Assembly: GCF_006345805.1 (NCBI RefSeq)
Contig: NC_043011.1
Coordinates: forward strand, 48,434,464-48,498,463
DNA from: Octopus sinensis
Lineage: Eukaryota
Length of the DNA stretch: 64,000 nucleotides
Reading direction: 5' to 3'
Below are positions 13,502-26,596 of this stretch, piece after piece; within the stretch, counting starts at the first letter, position 1, and each line of letters starts with the position of its first letter. The position numbers and the translations under genes were made by a program. The notes under the pieces were generated by a model that worked only from the letters and a program-made list of their open reading frames with translations, searched no databases and was not told the DNA's origin.

Positions 13502-13597
13502 CAGATAGTTTTGGCTGACGAGCTACAAGTGGATTTTTTTGTAAGTAAAATTACATTTAATTCATTAATAGCGAAACAATTGTCCCAAAATAATCTG
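13502..13597 (+). ncRNA. type I hammerhead ribozyme motif with canonical core
   Basis: stem I CAGATAGTTTTGG/CCAAAATAATCTG (12 of 13 paired), CTGACGA at 13515-13521, stem II GCTA/TAGC, GAAA at 13573-13576, palindromic stem III ACAATTGT, GUC triplet with predicted cleavage after 13584. Confidence 0.8.
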
Positions 13598-13744
13598 TAT
13601 TTTTGTTATTTTTTATTTGCCCTGTCCGTGTGAGCTAACAATCGTACTGACTTTCATGGGAAACATGTATTTTTGTGGTTGAAACCTTTTGGATTAACTG
13701 GTGCTAGAGTGAGCCATATAGTGACCACTCTCTTATATTTATTT

Positions 13745-13787
<43 letters not shown>

Positions 13788-14825
13788 TATATATATGCAC
13801 ACACATATACCGCTGTGTCTGGGGAGAGTCATTCTCTTTTACTGCCTTATAATTTAACACACAGACCAGTAAAATTTCCACTTATCTTTATTTTCCTAAA
13901 ATCTTTCAATAGCTTTGACTGTGTCCGTTACTCTCACTGCATTCCTTTTTGTTTGTTTGTGTACATGTGTCTGGATCAGTGTGTGTGTGTGTGCCTATAT
14001 ATGCACGCATGTATGTATCTATGCATGTGTGTGTATGCATGTATGTGTGTGTGTGCATATGTATCTACATATTTGTGTACATTTGTATGTATGTATTCTG
14101 TATATTCATGTGATTGCACGTCCATGTTTGTGTGTTTTTATGTATGTGCATGTTTGTATATGTGTGTGTGTATCTCTGTCTCCTTGTGTGTACATGTCTG
14201 AGTGTGTGTGTGTGTGTTTTGCAACTATGTACTGTGTTTGTGTGTATGGATGTGCATCTCCATCTGTGTGGACATGTGTCCCCATATGTGTCCTTGTGTG
14301 AGGTAAAGTGTGTGTGTGTAGATGGTCATGTGTTTCAGTCTTCATTTGCGTATATGTGCTTGTTTGTTCATATAACCTTTGTAACTATCAGTGTGTATGT
14401 TGATCTGTTTACTTTCATATTCAAATGTTGATCTGTTATAAGGCACCAAAAGAGAACAACTCTCCTCAGACACAACAGAATATGCTTCAATACATGAACT
14501 CAAATCAAAAATCTTGCAAATCAAATCCCAAAACGAAATATAGTAAATGGTAATATAATAGCATATATACATGTTTGTTCATTTCATAAATATATATGTA
14601 TGTATACATGTTTGTGTGTATGTATGTATAAGTTGTCTGCCTCTGGTGAGCACAGGGTTGCACAATTGGATTGTTACCTAACACTCCATTGAATCCCTGA
14701 TGCAAAACCAGTTGGTGAGATCGGCCATGAAATATATATAATACTGTACATTATGGATAATATATGTATATATACATATACATATACACACACACATATA
14801 CATATATATATATATATATATATAT

Positions 14826-15137
14826 CACCGTGATCACCGCGACCGACCAGGCCATCAGATGTTGTTACATATCGCTGGTCACAATGCGCTTCGCATTGTT
14901 TTAGCCTTCAAATGACACCACCCCGCTGGCTAAGCGAGCAGGCCAACAGAAGAAAGAGTGAGAGAAAGTTGTGGCGAAAGAGTACAGCAGGGATCGCCAC
15001 CACCCCCTGCCAGAGCCTTGTGGAGCTTTTTTAGGTGTTTTCGCTCAATAAACACTCACAATGCCCAGTCTGGGAATCGAAACCGCGATCCTACGACCGC
15101 GAGTCCGCTGCCCTAACCACTGGGCCATTGTGCCTCC
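14826..15137 (-). mobile_element. SINE family D with an alternative 3' tail
   Basis: head and body match 11577-11760; different tail. Confidence 0.8.
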
Positions 15138-15139
15138 AC

Positions 15140-15200
<61 letters not shown>

Positions 15201-15237
15201 GAGAGAGAGAGAGGCAGACAGGCAGATGTATATAGAT

Positions 15238-15560
15238 GTTGGCACGTAAAAAGCACCATCCGAATCGTGGCCGAAGCCAGTGCCGCCTCGACTGGCTTCC
15301 GTGCAGGTGGCACGTAAAATGCACCAATCCGACCGTGGCCGATGCCAGCCTCGCCTGGCACCAGTGCAGGTGGCACGTAAAGAGCACCCACTACACTCTC
15401 GGAGTGGTTGGCGTTAGGAAGGGCATCCAGCTGTAGAAACATTGCCAGATAAGACCGGAGCCTGGTGCAGCCTTCTGGCTTCCCAGATCCCCGGTCAAAC
15501 TGTCCAACCCATGCTAGCATAGAAAACGGACGTTAAACGATGATGATGATGATGATGATG
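15238..15560 (+). mobile_element. RTE LINE 3' UTR fragment
   Basis: GGCGTTAGGAAGGGCATCCAGCTGTAGAAAC...GGACGTTAAAC(GAT)n. Confidence 0.85.
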
Positions 15561-16285
15561 ATATGTATGTATGTATGTATACATACTCACGCACACACAC
15601 ACACACACACAATATTCCTTTTAGTTATCCTCACCCTCAGTTCATTCCCAAGACTTCTATATCTTTTCTCGTCCTTCCAAAATCTAGCAGTACATTTAGA
15701 TTATGAGTCACTGTGGAGACTTAATGATACCAAAATATTCCCAGAAACATCAGCATATTTTCCAAAGATCAGATTCACTTCCTACAGCATTCTATATTTA
15801 ATCAATCAATTCAATTTAAATTCGGTGTTGGCTTCCTTTGCATTTCTTAAAGAGAAATCACTCATTAAAATAATGATTTTTCTTCTCATTACTATGGCTG
15901 TTATTCTAATTCATTAAAAAAATGCTTTGAATCACTACATTAAATATTTACCAGCCACTCTACTACTAACAATAGAATAGTTTGAAAGATATTTGTTAAA
16001 ATGGATAAGAATATTGTGATCTGTTTCCTTTGGCCAAATAAGACAGATTGGTTGTCTTATCACTTCACAATGATATTATATATAATTTTTCTTTTCACTG
16101 CTTCTTTGAGTTCTCATGACTCTCTGTTACCATCCATTTCCATAATTAGGAATTTGAATTGGGAGATCGAATCATTATGAATCTTTCATTAGCTGATAAC
16201 ACAACCTGGGACACCACCCCTGTGGTAGCATTGCAGGTACTCTCTTGATAGGGCTTCATGGTGCTGACCGTTCATCTTCTTTGCA

Positions 16286-16585
16286 GAGGTGCATGGCCTA
16301 GTGGTTAGAGCAGAGGACTCGCGGTCGAGGGATCGCGGGTTCGAATCGCAGACTGGGCGATGTGTGTGTTTATGAGTGAAACACCTAAGTTCCACACGGC
16401 TCCAGCAGAAGGTAATGGCGAACTTCTGCTGACTTTATCGCCACAACTTTCTCTCACTCTTTCCTCTTGCATCTAACAGCTCACTTGTGACGAACTGGCA
16501 TCCCATCCAGGTGGGGAACCTATATGCCAAGGAAACCAGGAAACTGGCCCTTATGAGCCAAGCAGGCTCGAGAAAGAACAAACAA
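16286..16585 (+). mobile_element. SINE family D with a third tail type
   Basis: tRNA-like head GGCCTAGTGGTTAGAGC...GGTTCGAATCGC; tail CCCATCCAGG...GAAACCAGGAAACTGGCCCTTATGAGCC. Confidence 0.75.
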
Positions 16586-17033
16586 AAAGATAAAGCCATT
16601 CGTCTTCTTGGATTTCTCTGCTCAGCATCAAAGTAAGAAGCACCATTGGCTCAGGTGAGCTCTTCCACTACCTTTTCACAATCTGCCATGCTGCAGCCCC
16701 ATGACATATCTAAACAAGCTTTTCAGAATATATCAAAGGTATTTCAAATTTGTATTAAATCATCACTTACTATGAACTAGTAATTAATTAACTAATAATA
16801 TATAGCATCACATCAATATTATGAATTCATATAATCATCATAATCATTATTGTGATTTGAATGTTCATTATTCAATATCAATTAATACAGTCTTGCTGAA
16901 GCAGCATAGCATCATTTGATAGATGCCCATTGCAGTACAGTCCATAATTCCTGCAAATATTAGCTAATTCTTTGAAAGTTCCAGTTAGTGATTCAGCTCT
17001 GTTGTGTTCTCTATCTCATGTTAATATTGATGT

Positions 17034-17860
17034 CAAATTTTGGCATGAGGCCAGTAACTATAAAGAAGTAGGGAAGTCGATTACATTGATGCCTGTGTTC
17101 AGCTGGTACTTATTCCATCAACCATGAAAGGGTGAAAGGCAAAGTCAAATTCGGCAGAATTTGAATTCAAGACGTAAAGACAGACGAAATGCAGTTAGGT
17201 ATTTTGTTCTGTGTGCTAACGTTTCTTATTTCTTTAATGCCCACAAGGAGCTAAACATAGAGGGGACAAACAAGGACAGACAAAGGGATTAAGTCAATTA
17301 CATCGACCCCAGTGCGTAACTGGTACTTAATTTATCGACCCCAAAAGGATGAAAGGCAAAGTTGACCTTGCCGGAATTTGAACTCAGAACGCAACGGCAG
17401 ACGAAATACCTATTTCTTTACTACCCACAAGGGGCTAAACACTGAGAGGACAAACAAGGACAGACAAACGGATTAAGTCGATTATATCGATCCAAGTGCA
17501 TAACTGGTACTTAATTAATCGACCCTGAAGGGATGAAAGGCAAAGTTGACCTCAGCGGAATTTGAACTCAGAACAGAATGGCAGACGAAATACCACTAAG
17601 CATTTTGCCCAGCGTACTAATGTTTCTTATTTCTTTATTACCCACAAGGGGCTAAACATAGAGGGGACAAACAAGGACAGACAAATGGATTAAGTCAATT
17701 ACATCGACCCCAGTGCGTAACTGGTACTTAATTTATAGACCCCAAAAGGATGAAAGGCAAAGTTGACCGTGGCGGAATTTGAACTCAGAACCTGATGGCA
17801 GACGAAATACCACTAAGCATTTCATCTGGTGTGCTAACAATTCTGCCTGCTCACCACCTT
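17034..17860 (-). mobile_element. head-to-tail array of four SINE family C units
   Basis: four occurrences of GTCRATTAYATYGA...GAAAGGCAAAGT...GAATTTGAA(C/T)TCA at ~185-215 bp spacing. Confidence 0.9.
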
Positions 17861-18442
17861 TGATTCTGCGTACTAATGATTCTGCTCGCTGAGTATCTTA
17901 GTCGCATGTAAATATATTACGTAAATATATTACGTATTACATATATATACATATATACAATGGGCTTCTTTCAGTTTCTGTCTACCAAATCCATTCACAA
18001 GTCTTTGGTAGGCCCAAGGCTATATTAGAAGACACTTGCCCAAGGTGCCACACAGTGGGACTGAACCCGGAACCATGTGGTTGGTAAGCAAGCTACTTAC
18101 TACACAGCCATTCCTACACCTGTCAGGGTCAATAAAATAAGTACCAGTTGGATATTGGTATTGCTGTAATCAACTTACCCCTTTCCTGAAATTGCTGGTC
18201 TTGTGCCAAAATTTGAAATCAATATTACATATTAATCAGAAAATACTCAAACTCTTGTTTTCTCCAGCATTTACAGATCTTTCAAATACAATGCTTATGT
18301 CTTACCAAACACCCTATAACATCACACGTACTCATATGTCATAGAGTCTGCCTTCTGTACCAAGAAAAGCTAGTTTGCTTTAAACAGAGGCAACATATTG
18401 GTGTCTGGAATTCTACCATTCATTTTTTTTTTTTTTAGTTTA

Positions 18443-18835
18443 GCTTGTGAAGACATGTTGGGGCAAGCGAAATTGAAATCGAAATCGAATTGAACCAGCC
18501 AGGATTCCTGGTCTGGTGGTACGTAAAAAGCACTATCCGACTCGTGGCCGATGCCAGCACCGCCTCGACTGGCTTCCGTGCCGGTGGCACATAAAATACA
18601 CCAATCTGACCGTAGCCGTTGCCAGCCTCGCCTGGCACCTGTGCAGGTGGCACGTAAAAAAGCACCCACTACACTCACGACGGAGTGGTTGGCGTTAGGA
18701 AGGGCATCCAGCTGTAGAAACATTGCCAGATAAGACTGGAGCCTGGTGCAGCCTTCTGGCTTCCCAGAACCCCGGTCGAACCGTCCAACCCATGCTAGCA
18801 TGGAGAACGGACGTTAAACGATGATGATGATGATG
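18443..18835 (+). mobile_element. RTE LINE 3' UTR fragment
   Basis: same family, (GAT)n tail. Confidence 0.85.
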
Positions 18836-19167
18836 AACACTACATTTTGTAATTCCAACCCTAATTAGAAATCTATAGATAACTTGACAATTTTCTCTCC
18901 AGCATTCGCAGATGTTCTATGTTCAATAAATAAGTCTCACTACCGAACATGAAGCAGAATTTTTCTCATAAATGTCTTTGAAAAGAGATAGAGGGTGGGA
19001 GGAGCAAAGAGAGGAGGAGAGAGAGTGGGAAGGAGAGAGAGAGAAAGAGAGATAGATTGCATGTGTGTTTGTGTGAGTGGTTATAAGTGAGACTATTTGT
19101 TTCCAAGAAACGTAACAGCTTTCTGTACTACATTCTGTCATTTATTCTTTTATTCAAGTAACTATAC

Positions 19168-19845
19168 TCTTTTACTCTTTTACTTGTTTCAGTCATTTGA
19201 CTGCAGCCATGCTGGAGCACCACCTTTAGTCGAGCAAATCGACCCTGGGACTTATTCTTTGTAAGCCCAGTACTTATTCTATCAGTCTCTTTTGCCGAAC
19301 CGCTAAGTGATGGGGATGTAAGCATACCAGCATCGGTTGTCAAGCAATGCTAGGGGGACAAACACAAACACACAAACATATACACACACAAACACATACA
19401 CACACACATATATATATATATATATGTTAATAAAATAGAACATATGCATATATATAAACATATATGTACGTACCTACCTCTACATGTACATATACACGCA
19501 TATATGTGTACAGGACACCAAAAAGACGTCGAACACATAGAGAGACGAAACACATAGACACAAACCAAGGAACAAGACAAGCAAAAAAAAGGAGAGATAC
19601 AGGACAATAAGCACAATGAAAAATCCCCTTCTTCAGTCGCTAAGGTTTCATCTACTAAACGTTTATATATATACATATATACGACAGGATTCTTTCAGTT
19701 TCCGTCTACCAAATCCACTCACAAGGCATTGGTCGGCCCGGGACTATAGCAGAAGACACTTGCCCAAGATGCCACGCAGTGGGACTGAACCTGGAACCAT
19801 GTGGCTGGTTAGCAATCTACTTACCATACAGCCACTCCTGCGCCT
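19168..19845 (-). mobile_element. SINE family A with a ~170-bp insert (19505-19665) in its internal microsatellite
   Basis: tail at 19168, head at ~19845. Confidence 0.8.
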
Positions 19846-21702
19846 ATGTTTTCATTCCATCATTTTCTAGAACTAAACCATTTTCAATACCTATATTTCA
19901 ATAGTGAAGTAAAGCATTTCATGCTTCATGCAATCTGACAGAGAATATTATCCAATATGTTTTTTGTCTTTAAGATGGCAAGGGTAAAATAAGGGGTGAT
20001 TTAGCTGCTGTTTCTAGCAGAATGAATGCTTGCACAGAAGTACTCTCATTAGATTGGCTTGCTTAACTCCTTAGCATTTAAACCAGCCTTTATCCAGCCA
20101 AAATAATCTACAAATGGGCCAGATCTGATCTCTCACACTTACTCTACAAATAAACATGCTATGAGTTAATGCTAGGCAACAGTGATGTCGCAACTCATTT
20201 CTACAGCGGAGCAATATGAAATAAAGTGTCTTGCTCAAGAACACAACACACATCTTTGTCATGAGCCTGATGCTCTAACCACTGAGCCCATGAACCTTCA
20301 CATATATCTAGGACAGCTTTGCTAAATGTATCCTTCCATTATTTCTAAAGACAGTACAGAAATTTAACAGAGATCTACTTGCTATTTCCAGTGCATCAAA
20401 CGACCACATAGAGATTTCAGATTATGCCAATAAGAGTAATATTCTCCGTTATCTAAACAGTGATTCGGGTAATGGGATGTAAACATTAACTGCTTCAACC
20501 AGTTGTCTGAGATACTTTCAATCAGTTTTAGTATTAATAGCAAGTCACACATTGAGAATTTTTGTAGGAATAGCAAACAAATAGATAAAATGTTTGAACA
20601 CTAAACAAATGTAAATTGTTCGCTGGAGAAATTGAAAAAGAGGAAGGCATTAAAATCCAGTCTCTTCTCGATATTCTTCCTTCTAAAAGATAGCAGGATA
20701 GGATATACAATAGAAATCAATAGATTCTTACAGAATGTAGTGTTGTTGTGGTTTTGTTAAATTTTACCGACGGTTATAGTGAATATTTATTACTATTATT
20801 ATTGTTATTATTACAGCTGCTATGATCATCATCATCATCATCATTATTAAGGTGGTTGAAATTGCAAACCGTTAAATACCTTGTGGCTAGCATTTTCTGC
20901 TTTGTTACAATTGGAATTCCAAAATCTCACCCTGGTTGAATTTGTTTTCTTGTATTTTTAAAAAATTTTTTTCCGAAGTCAATAAAATAAGCATCTGGAA
21001 GATGTAGGATCAATTTAATCGAATAATCCCCTCCAGATATGATTGTTTTCGCTTTTCATCCCTCCAAGATCCATAAAAAAAAACTAATTCCAATAATAAC
21101 ATGTAAGTGTTGAAGAATGACAAGAATGGAACAGCAAAACTGCATCATTTAGAAGTTTTACTTTGCAAACAATGCCCTTCAAAGTTTGATGCTGCTGTAA
21201 GTCACCTTGGATTGGGCAAACCCCTTTGAATTCAATTTGGTACATGGAAACTGTATGAAGCACCATGGGTTGTGTCTGGAGCGTATATATATATATATAT
21301 ATATACATGCATTTTTTCATCCTTTTATTCTTTTACTTGTTTCAGTCATTTAACTGTGGCCATGCTGGAGCACTGCCTTTAGTCAAGCAAATCGACCCCC
21401 AGGACTTAATCTTTGTAAGCTTAGTACTTATTCTACCAATCTCTTTCACTGAACCGCTAAGTTACGGGGATGTAAACACACCAGCATTGGTTCTCAAGTG
21501 ATGTGGTGGGGACAAACACAGATACATAAACATATACAGACACATATATAGACACACACACACACATATATATATATGTATATATATACATATATATATG
21601 TATAGTTAATCCAAACATGAAAGAACAAAAAAACACAACAACGCGAGGACGTGGAACAAATATAGTATTATTGGATGCTCAGGAAAGACGGAAAGAAGGA
21701 GG

Positions 21703-21737
21703 GTTTAACGTTTCGAGCGGAGCTCTTCGTTGGAAAC
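21703..21737 (-). ncRNA. degenerate hammerhead-like motif in a Penelope-like short repeat (21604-21805)
   Basis: GTTT-CCAACGA-A-GAGC(TCC)GCTC-GAA-ACGT-T-AAAC; stems intact, core differs at U4 and G5. Confidence 0.5.
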
Positions 21738-22396
21738 ATAGGAGAAGGAAAGATCCAGAGAAGGGAAGACGGAGGAAAAAAATCGCCAACGGTACACACG
21801 CGGTTGGGCTTATTTCAGTTTACCAAATCCACTCACAAGGCTTTGGTCAGCCCGAGGCTATAGTAGAAGACACTTGCCCAAGGGGCCATGCTAGGACATC
21901 ACTTTGAAGGATTTTAGTCAAATTAATTGAGCCCAGGACTAAGTTTTTGTTAAGCCTGTTACTTATTCTATCATTCTTTCTTGCCAAACCACTAAGTTAC
22001 TGGGATGTAAACACACCAGCATTGGCTGTCAAGTAGTGTTGGGGGGACAAAACCACACACACACACAAAATGGGTTTTGTTCAGTTCCCATCTAGATATA
22101 TACCTTGGGCATATTTTTATATTACCATCAGTATTTTTAAACACCTTATTTCATCCTTATTTTATACAGGTTTAAGTCATTGGACTACAGCCACGATGGG
22201 CTATCACCTTCATTCTAATTCCTGTTCCCTTACTATGATATCTTTTGTTGGAAATATATTCCTGTTACATGAATCTAAGCTACAGTTTCTGAGTATGATT
22301 AGGTAATCTTAGACACACACATTCACACACATATTTGCACCTATCTATCAAACACTCTAGTGATCCAACTGTCTATCTATCTGTCTGTCTGTCTGT

Positions 22397-22471
<75 letters not shown>

Positions 22472-22557
22472 CCCATCTATCTACCTACCTACATATATAT
22501 ATATATTATTTACTTATTTACATTTGACAGATATTTGTCCACATTTTGTTTGTTGTT

Positions 22558-22603
22558 AACACAACGTTTTGGCTGATATACCCTCCAGCCTTTATCAGGT
22601 GTC
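22558..22603 (-). ncRNA. degenerate hammerhead-like motif
   Basis: GACAC-CTGATAA-A-GGCTG(10 nt)CAGCC-AAA-ACGT-T-GTGTT; G8A and G12A changes; same family as 40579 and 60300. Confidence 0.5.
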
Positions 22604-23559
22604 TTGCAGAAATTCCGAACTTGAGTTCTCATTGCTAAGGTATTTTTCAATCTTCTTCTTCTTCTTATTATTATTATTATCATTATTCTTAATCAAACTT
22701 GGAATCTAGGGTTTTGTAGCCCATGCTCTTAACTACTACGCCATATTCCCATATTATATATATATGTATGTGTATGTATGTTTGTATGTATATATAAAAC
22801 TATCTATCTATCTATCTATCGACTAATACACAAAGGTACTTATTTAAATGTAACAAGGTAAGTTGGCACTTTAGGGGCAAAATTTAAATTCATTCTAATA
22901 ATAAACTTCCTTTCAGAAATACAGATAATATACATAATGGATTCTGGAGTGATCTTGTTTATGAAATTCAAATTTCAATTGAAAACTGCTGAAAATTTCC
23001 CACTTAACCAAACACATACACACAACCCAAAACGCAAAATGTAAATAAAAATAAAATAAAATAAAATATAATAAAATCAAAAATAAAGCAAAAAATATAT
23101 CCCATCCTTTGTACCTTTCCTGCCATTAATACCATCTTTGGCATTATTGCACTTTAGAAAATATCTTTTGATGCTTAAAACTTCACAAAATTTTAACTAC
23201 ATTAAACAGTTGTTACAATTTGCGAATCGCCTTCAAATAAATCCATTGTTACATGATGTATAAAATTAGATTATTTTGTTCTCATCATTTTTAGTTTAAA
23301 ATCACGCTTCAAGACATTTTTAAGTGTCAAATTCAATTTATATTGATCTGAATTATGATTATGTACGAATTTCGACTGAGTAATAAAAAAGAAAAAAAAA
23401 ATGTTTTAGTTATTCAAAGCACAGTTGTGTTTTACTTTAACCATAATTCTATTTCAGACATAATGACTCAGTATACAGGACATCTTCATACAAAGCAGAA
23501 TACTAAGTTAATATACATACATTCACATGTGCATGCACATACACACACACACACATAGA

Positions 23560-23885
23560 TTCATCATCATCATCATTATCATCACCATCATCATCATCAT
23601 CACCGTCGTTGTTTACCATGTGCACTCCATGCTGCCATGTGTTCGACCGTTCAACATGGAGCTGACCAGCCAGGGAGTTGACCAGCCAGGGAGTTGACCA
23701 GCCAGGGAGTTGACCAGCCAGGGAGTTGACCAGCCAGGGAGTTGACCAGCCAGGGAGTTGACCAGCCAGGGAGTTGACCAGCCAGGGAGCTGGCCAGACT
23801 CTAACTCTCAGTTGTGGCCTGGTCTCTGTGGCTGGATACTCTTACTAACACCAACCCCTTAACAGACTGTGCTGGGTGCCTTTCT
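23560..23885 (-). mobile_element. diverged RTE 3' UTR fragment containing a 16-bp minisatellite
   Basis: (CAT)n tail then a diverged family motif; CAGGGAGTTGACCAGC x7 perfect at 23671-23782. Confidence 0.75.
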
Positions 23886-24038
23886 TTACATGCATACATA
23901 CATACATACTTACAAACATGCATGCACACACACATATATATATACATTCACACTCAAATACACACACACATATGTACATGTATGTGTATATGCGCATATA
24001 AGTATATGTATATATATATGTGTGTGTATATATATGTA

Positions 24039-24073
<35 letters not shown>

Positions 24074-24077
24074 CATA

Positions 24078-24746
24078 ATCATCATCATCATCAGTTAATG
24101 TCTGTTTTCCATGCTGGCATAGGTTGGACGGTTTGACAAGAACTGGTAAGGTGAGGGACCATATCAACTTCCATTGTCTGTTCTGGCAGAGTTTCTACAG
24201 CTGGATGCCCTTCCTAATGCTTACCACTCCAAGAGTGTAGTGAGTGCTTTTACGTGCCACCGGCACAAGGGCCAGTCAGGCAGTACTGGCAACGGCCACA
24301 CTCAAATGGTGTTTTTTACGTGTCACCTGCACAAGGAGCCAATCCAGCAGCACTGGCAACAACCTTGCTTGAATGTTTTTTCATGTGCCACCGGTATAAG
24401 TGCCAGTAAGGTGACACTGGTAACAATCACGCTTGAATGGTGCTTTTTATGTGCCACCAGCACAGAAGCCAGTCAGCTGCTCTGGCAACGACCACGCTGG
24501 TATTCTTAGCGCTCCACTAGTATGGATGCCAGTCATCGAATTTGATTTCGATTTTGACTTCACTTGCCTCAACAGGTCTTCACAAGCAGAGTTTAGTGTC
24601 CAATGAAGGAAAGGTATGTATAAGTGGGCTGGCTACACCTCCTGGCATAGGCCATGAGGTTATGGTCTCACTTGGCTTGCCGGGTCTTCTCAAGCATATC
24701 ATATTTCCAAAGGTCTTGGTCACTAGCCATTGCCTTGGTGAGGCCT
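24078..24746 (-). mobile_element. 5'-truncated RTE-clade LINE with ORF2 C-terminus
   Basis: 24745-24668 translates GLTKAMASDQDLWKYDMLEKTRQAK*, homologous to 4765-4869; abuts a (CA)/(TA) tract. Confidence 0.8.
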
Positions 24747-24800
24747 GTATATGTATACACACACACACACACACACACCATATATATATATATATATATA

Positions 24801-25108
24801 CAGGGTGCAATGAGTAAACTGTTGCCATTTTATATTTTTAATTTTGTGCCTGTGCATTGTTTGCATTTGAGCAATTCACTTTGCCAGAAATTTGGAAACG
24901 GCATGCTGTGTTGCTTGGAATTCATGCAGGAGGCTCCAATGCGAACATTTCAGAGATTTTAGGTGTCAATCTGAGTGTTTGCCATGTCCCCAAAATTGTA
25001 TTGAGAGAGATAAAAATCAAATATCAAGTCAACATCATGGTGTTTGGAGTGATCACTAGTGATGGTGACATTTATACCGCCTTTCATCTTCTCACAAGGC
25101 CTCAGACT
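24801..25108 (+). mobile_element. internally deleted Tc1/mariner transposon remnant
   Basis: starts TA-CAGGGTG; encodes an HTH-like segment (KRHAVLLGIHAGGSNANISEILGVNL) joined to a DDE-region motif (NIMVFGVITSDG). Confidence 0.7.
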
Positions 25109-26289
25109 GCAATGTCATTCTAAAAAATTAAAGGGTGCCTCATTAAAATCTCAGCTATGAGATAATTAATGCATGATTAATTCAAAACAATATGAATAAA
25201 TAAGCATTAATTTTGAGAGAATAATATGAATGTAAAAGGGTTAAAACATTGGCACTCTAAGCAGTTTCCTAGAGGCCCTTACAGGTCTAGGAATCCAATT
25301 CTGATCTGTGTGTTGTGGCTTGCTGTCGATGAAAACTACTTTAGGACCCAGGGGCCTAAAAAGCTACTAAAATGGCCCTGGAAATGGACCTTAAATACAT
25401 AAGTATCAAATCTAGCATATTTTGATTTCTCTCACTGTCACGAGATTCCATGTTTGCTGGGAGGTGGACAATGTATGGTTGATTGAGTCAGGCCTAATAT
25501 TTAAATTGTATTTGGCTCTATCGATCTCAGAAATATGAGAAGCAATGCTGACCATGGCAGCATTTGAAATTAATATGTAACGATGTAGTTGTACTAGTAA
25601 ATATTATATCTATATAGGTTCTTGGTACTGCACTGTAATTTGTGCAACCGATATCAGAAATTTGTTTTTTAAGAAGCCAGAAGTGGTGAGCATAACTAAA
25701 TACCACATGACAGTTTGATCACTCTTCTGAAGTTTCTGCTAACCTACCACCTTTACATATTAATTTCTACTCTCCTCTAACGGTTCTGGTAATCCAGCAC
25801 CCATATTTAGTATTCTGTCCACCGCTCTACTGGTTCTGCCAGTCTATCACTCTTTCATGGCATTTCGTCGACGGCGCTAATGATCCAGCCAATGCATCAC
25901 CTTAGAAAGACCAACACAAAATTAAAACAAAACTAAAGAAACAAAAATCAAATAGAAAAAAAAAGAAAAAAAAAACAAAAAGACTCTGCAACACAAATAT
26001 TATTTGTAATTCTTGTCCTTGGTAATTACCAGAAAATGTTATGTGAAGTTATTCAGCTGAACCACTGAAGAAATGGTGTTGTTATTGCTGGTTCCTGATC
26101 AGGCTAAGTGAATCAACTGAGCCGTGAAATTTATTCCAGAGGGAAGTGAATTCTCACCTGTCAATGTTTGTCTTTTACTGATAATCTAACACATTTTGTA
26201 AATTACTTTCTTGTTCCAGTACTTGGTCTGTAAGATTATTGTTATCCTATCACTACTATACCTTCCAAAGTTACACCAATCACACACAG

Positions 26290-26320
<31 letters not shown>

Positions 26321-26596
26321 AACATATTTGCATAAATAAAGTCTATCTTAGTTGTGACTGTAAAATAAAAATGAAAGTAAAAAAATTAAAAAAAGGATGA
26401 AAATTACAATTCAGCAGCCTTTTTTTATTTGTTGTTGGGTTTTTTTTTTTGCACTATTTTCTTCTAAGTTGTTATTTAGCCCTTGGTCAGCTCTGACTCA
26501 AGCCAACTTCTGCTAAAGATATATTCAAGCTACAACCATCATGGTTTTTGGTTTTTCCGCTTTTAAACACTGTATCTAGGAACACATTATCTATAG

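Noticed and set aside
26150-26235. Minus-strand CTTACAG acceptor paired with a CAG|GTGAG donor
   Set aside because: The enclosed ~70 nt has stop codons in all three frames.
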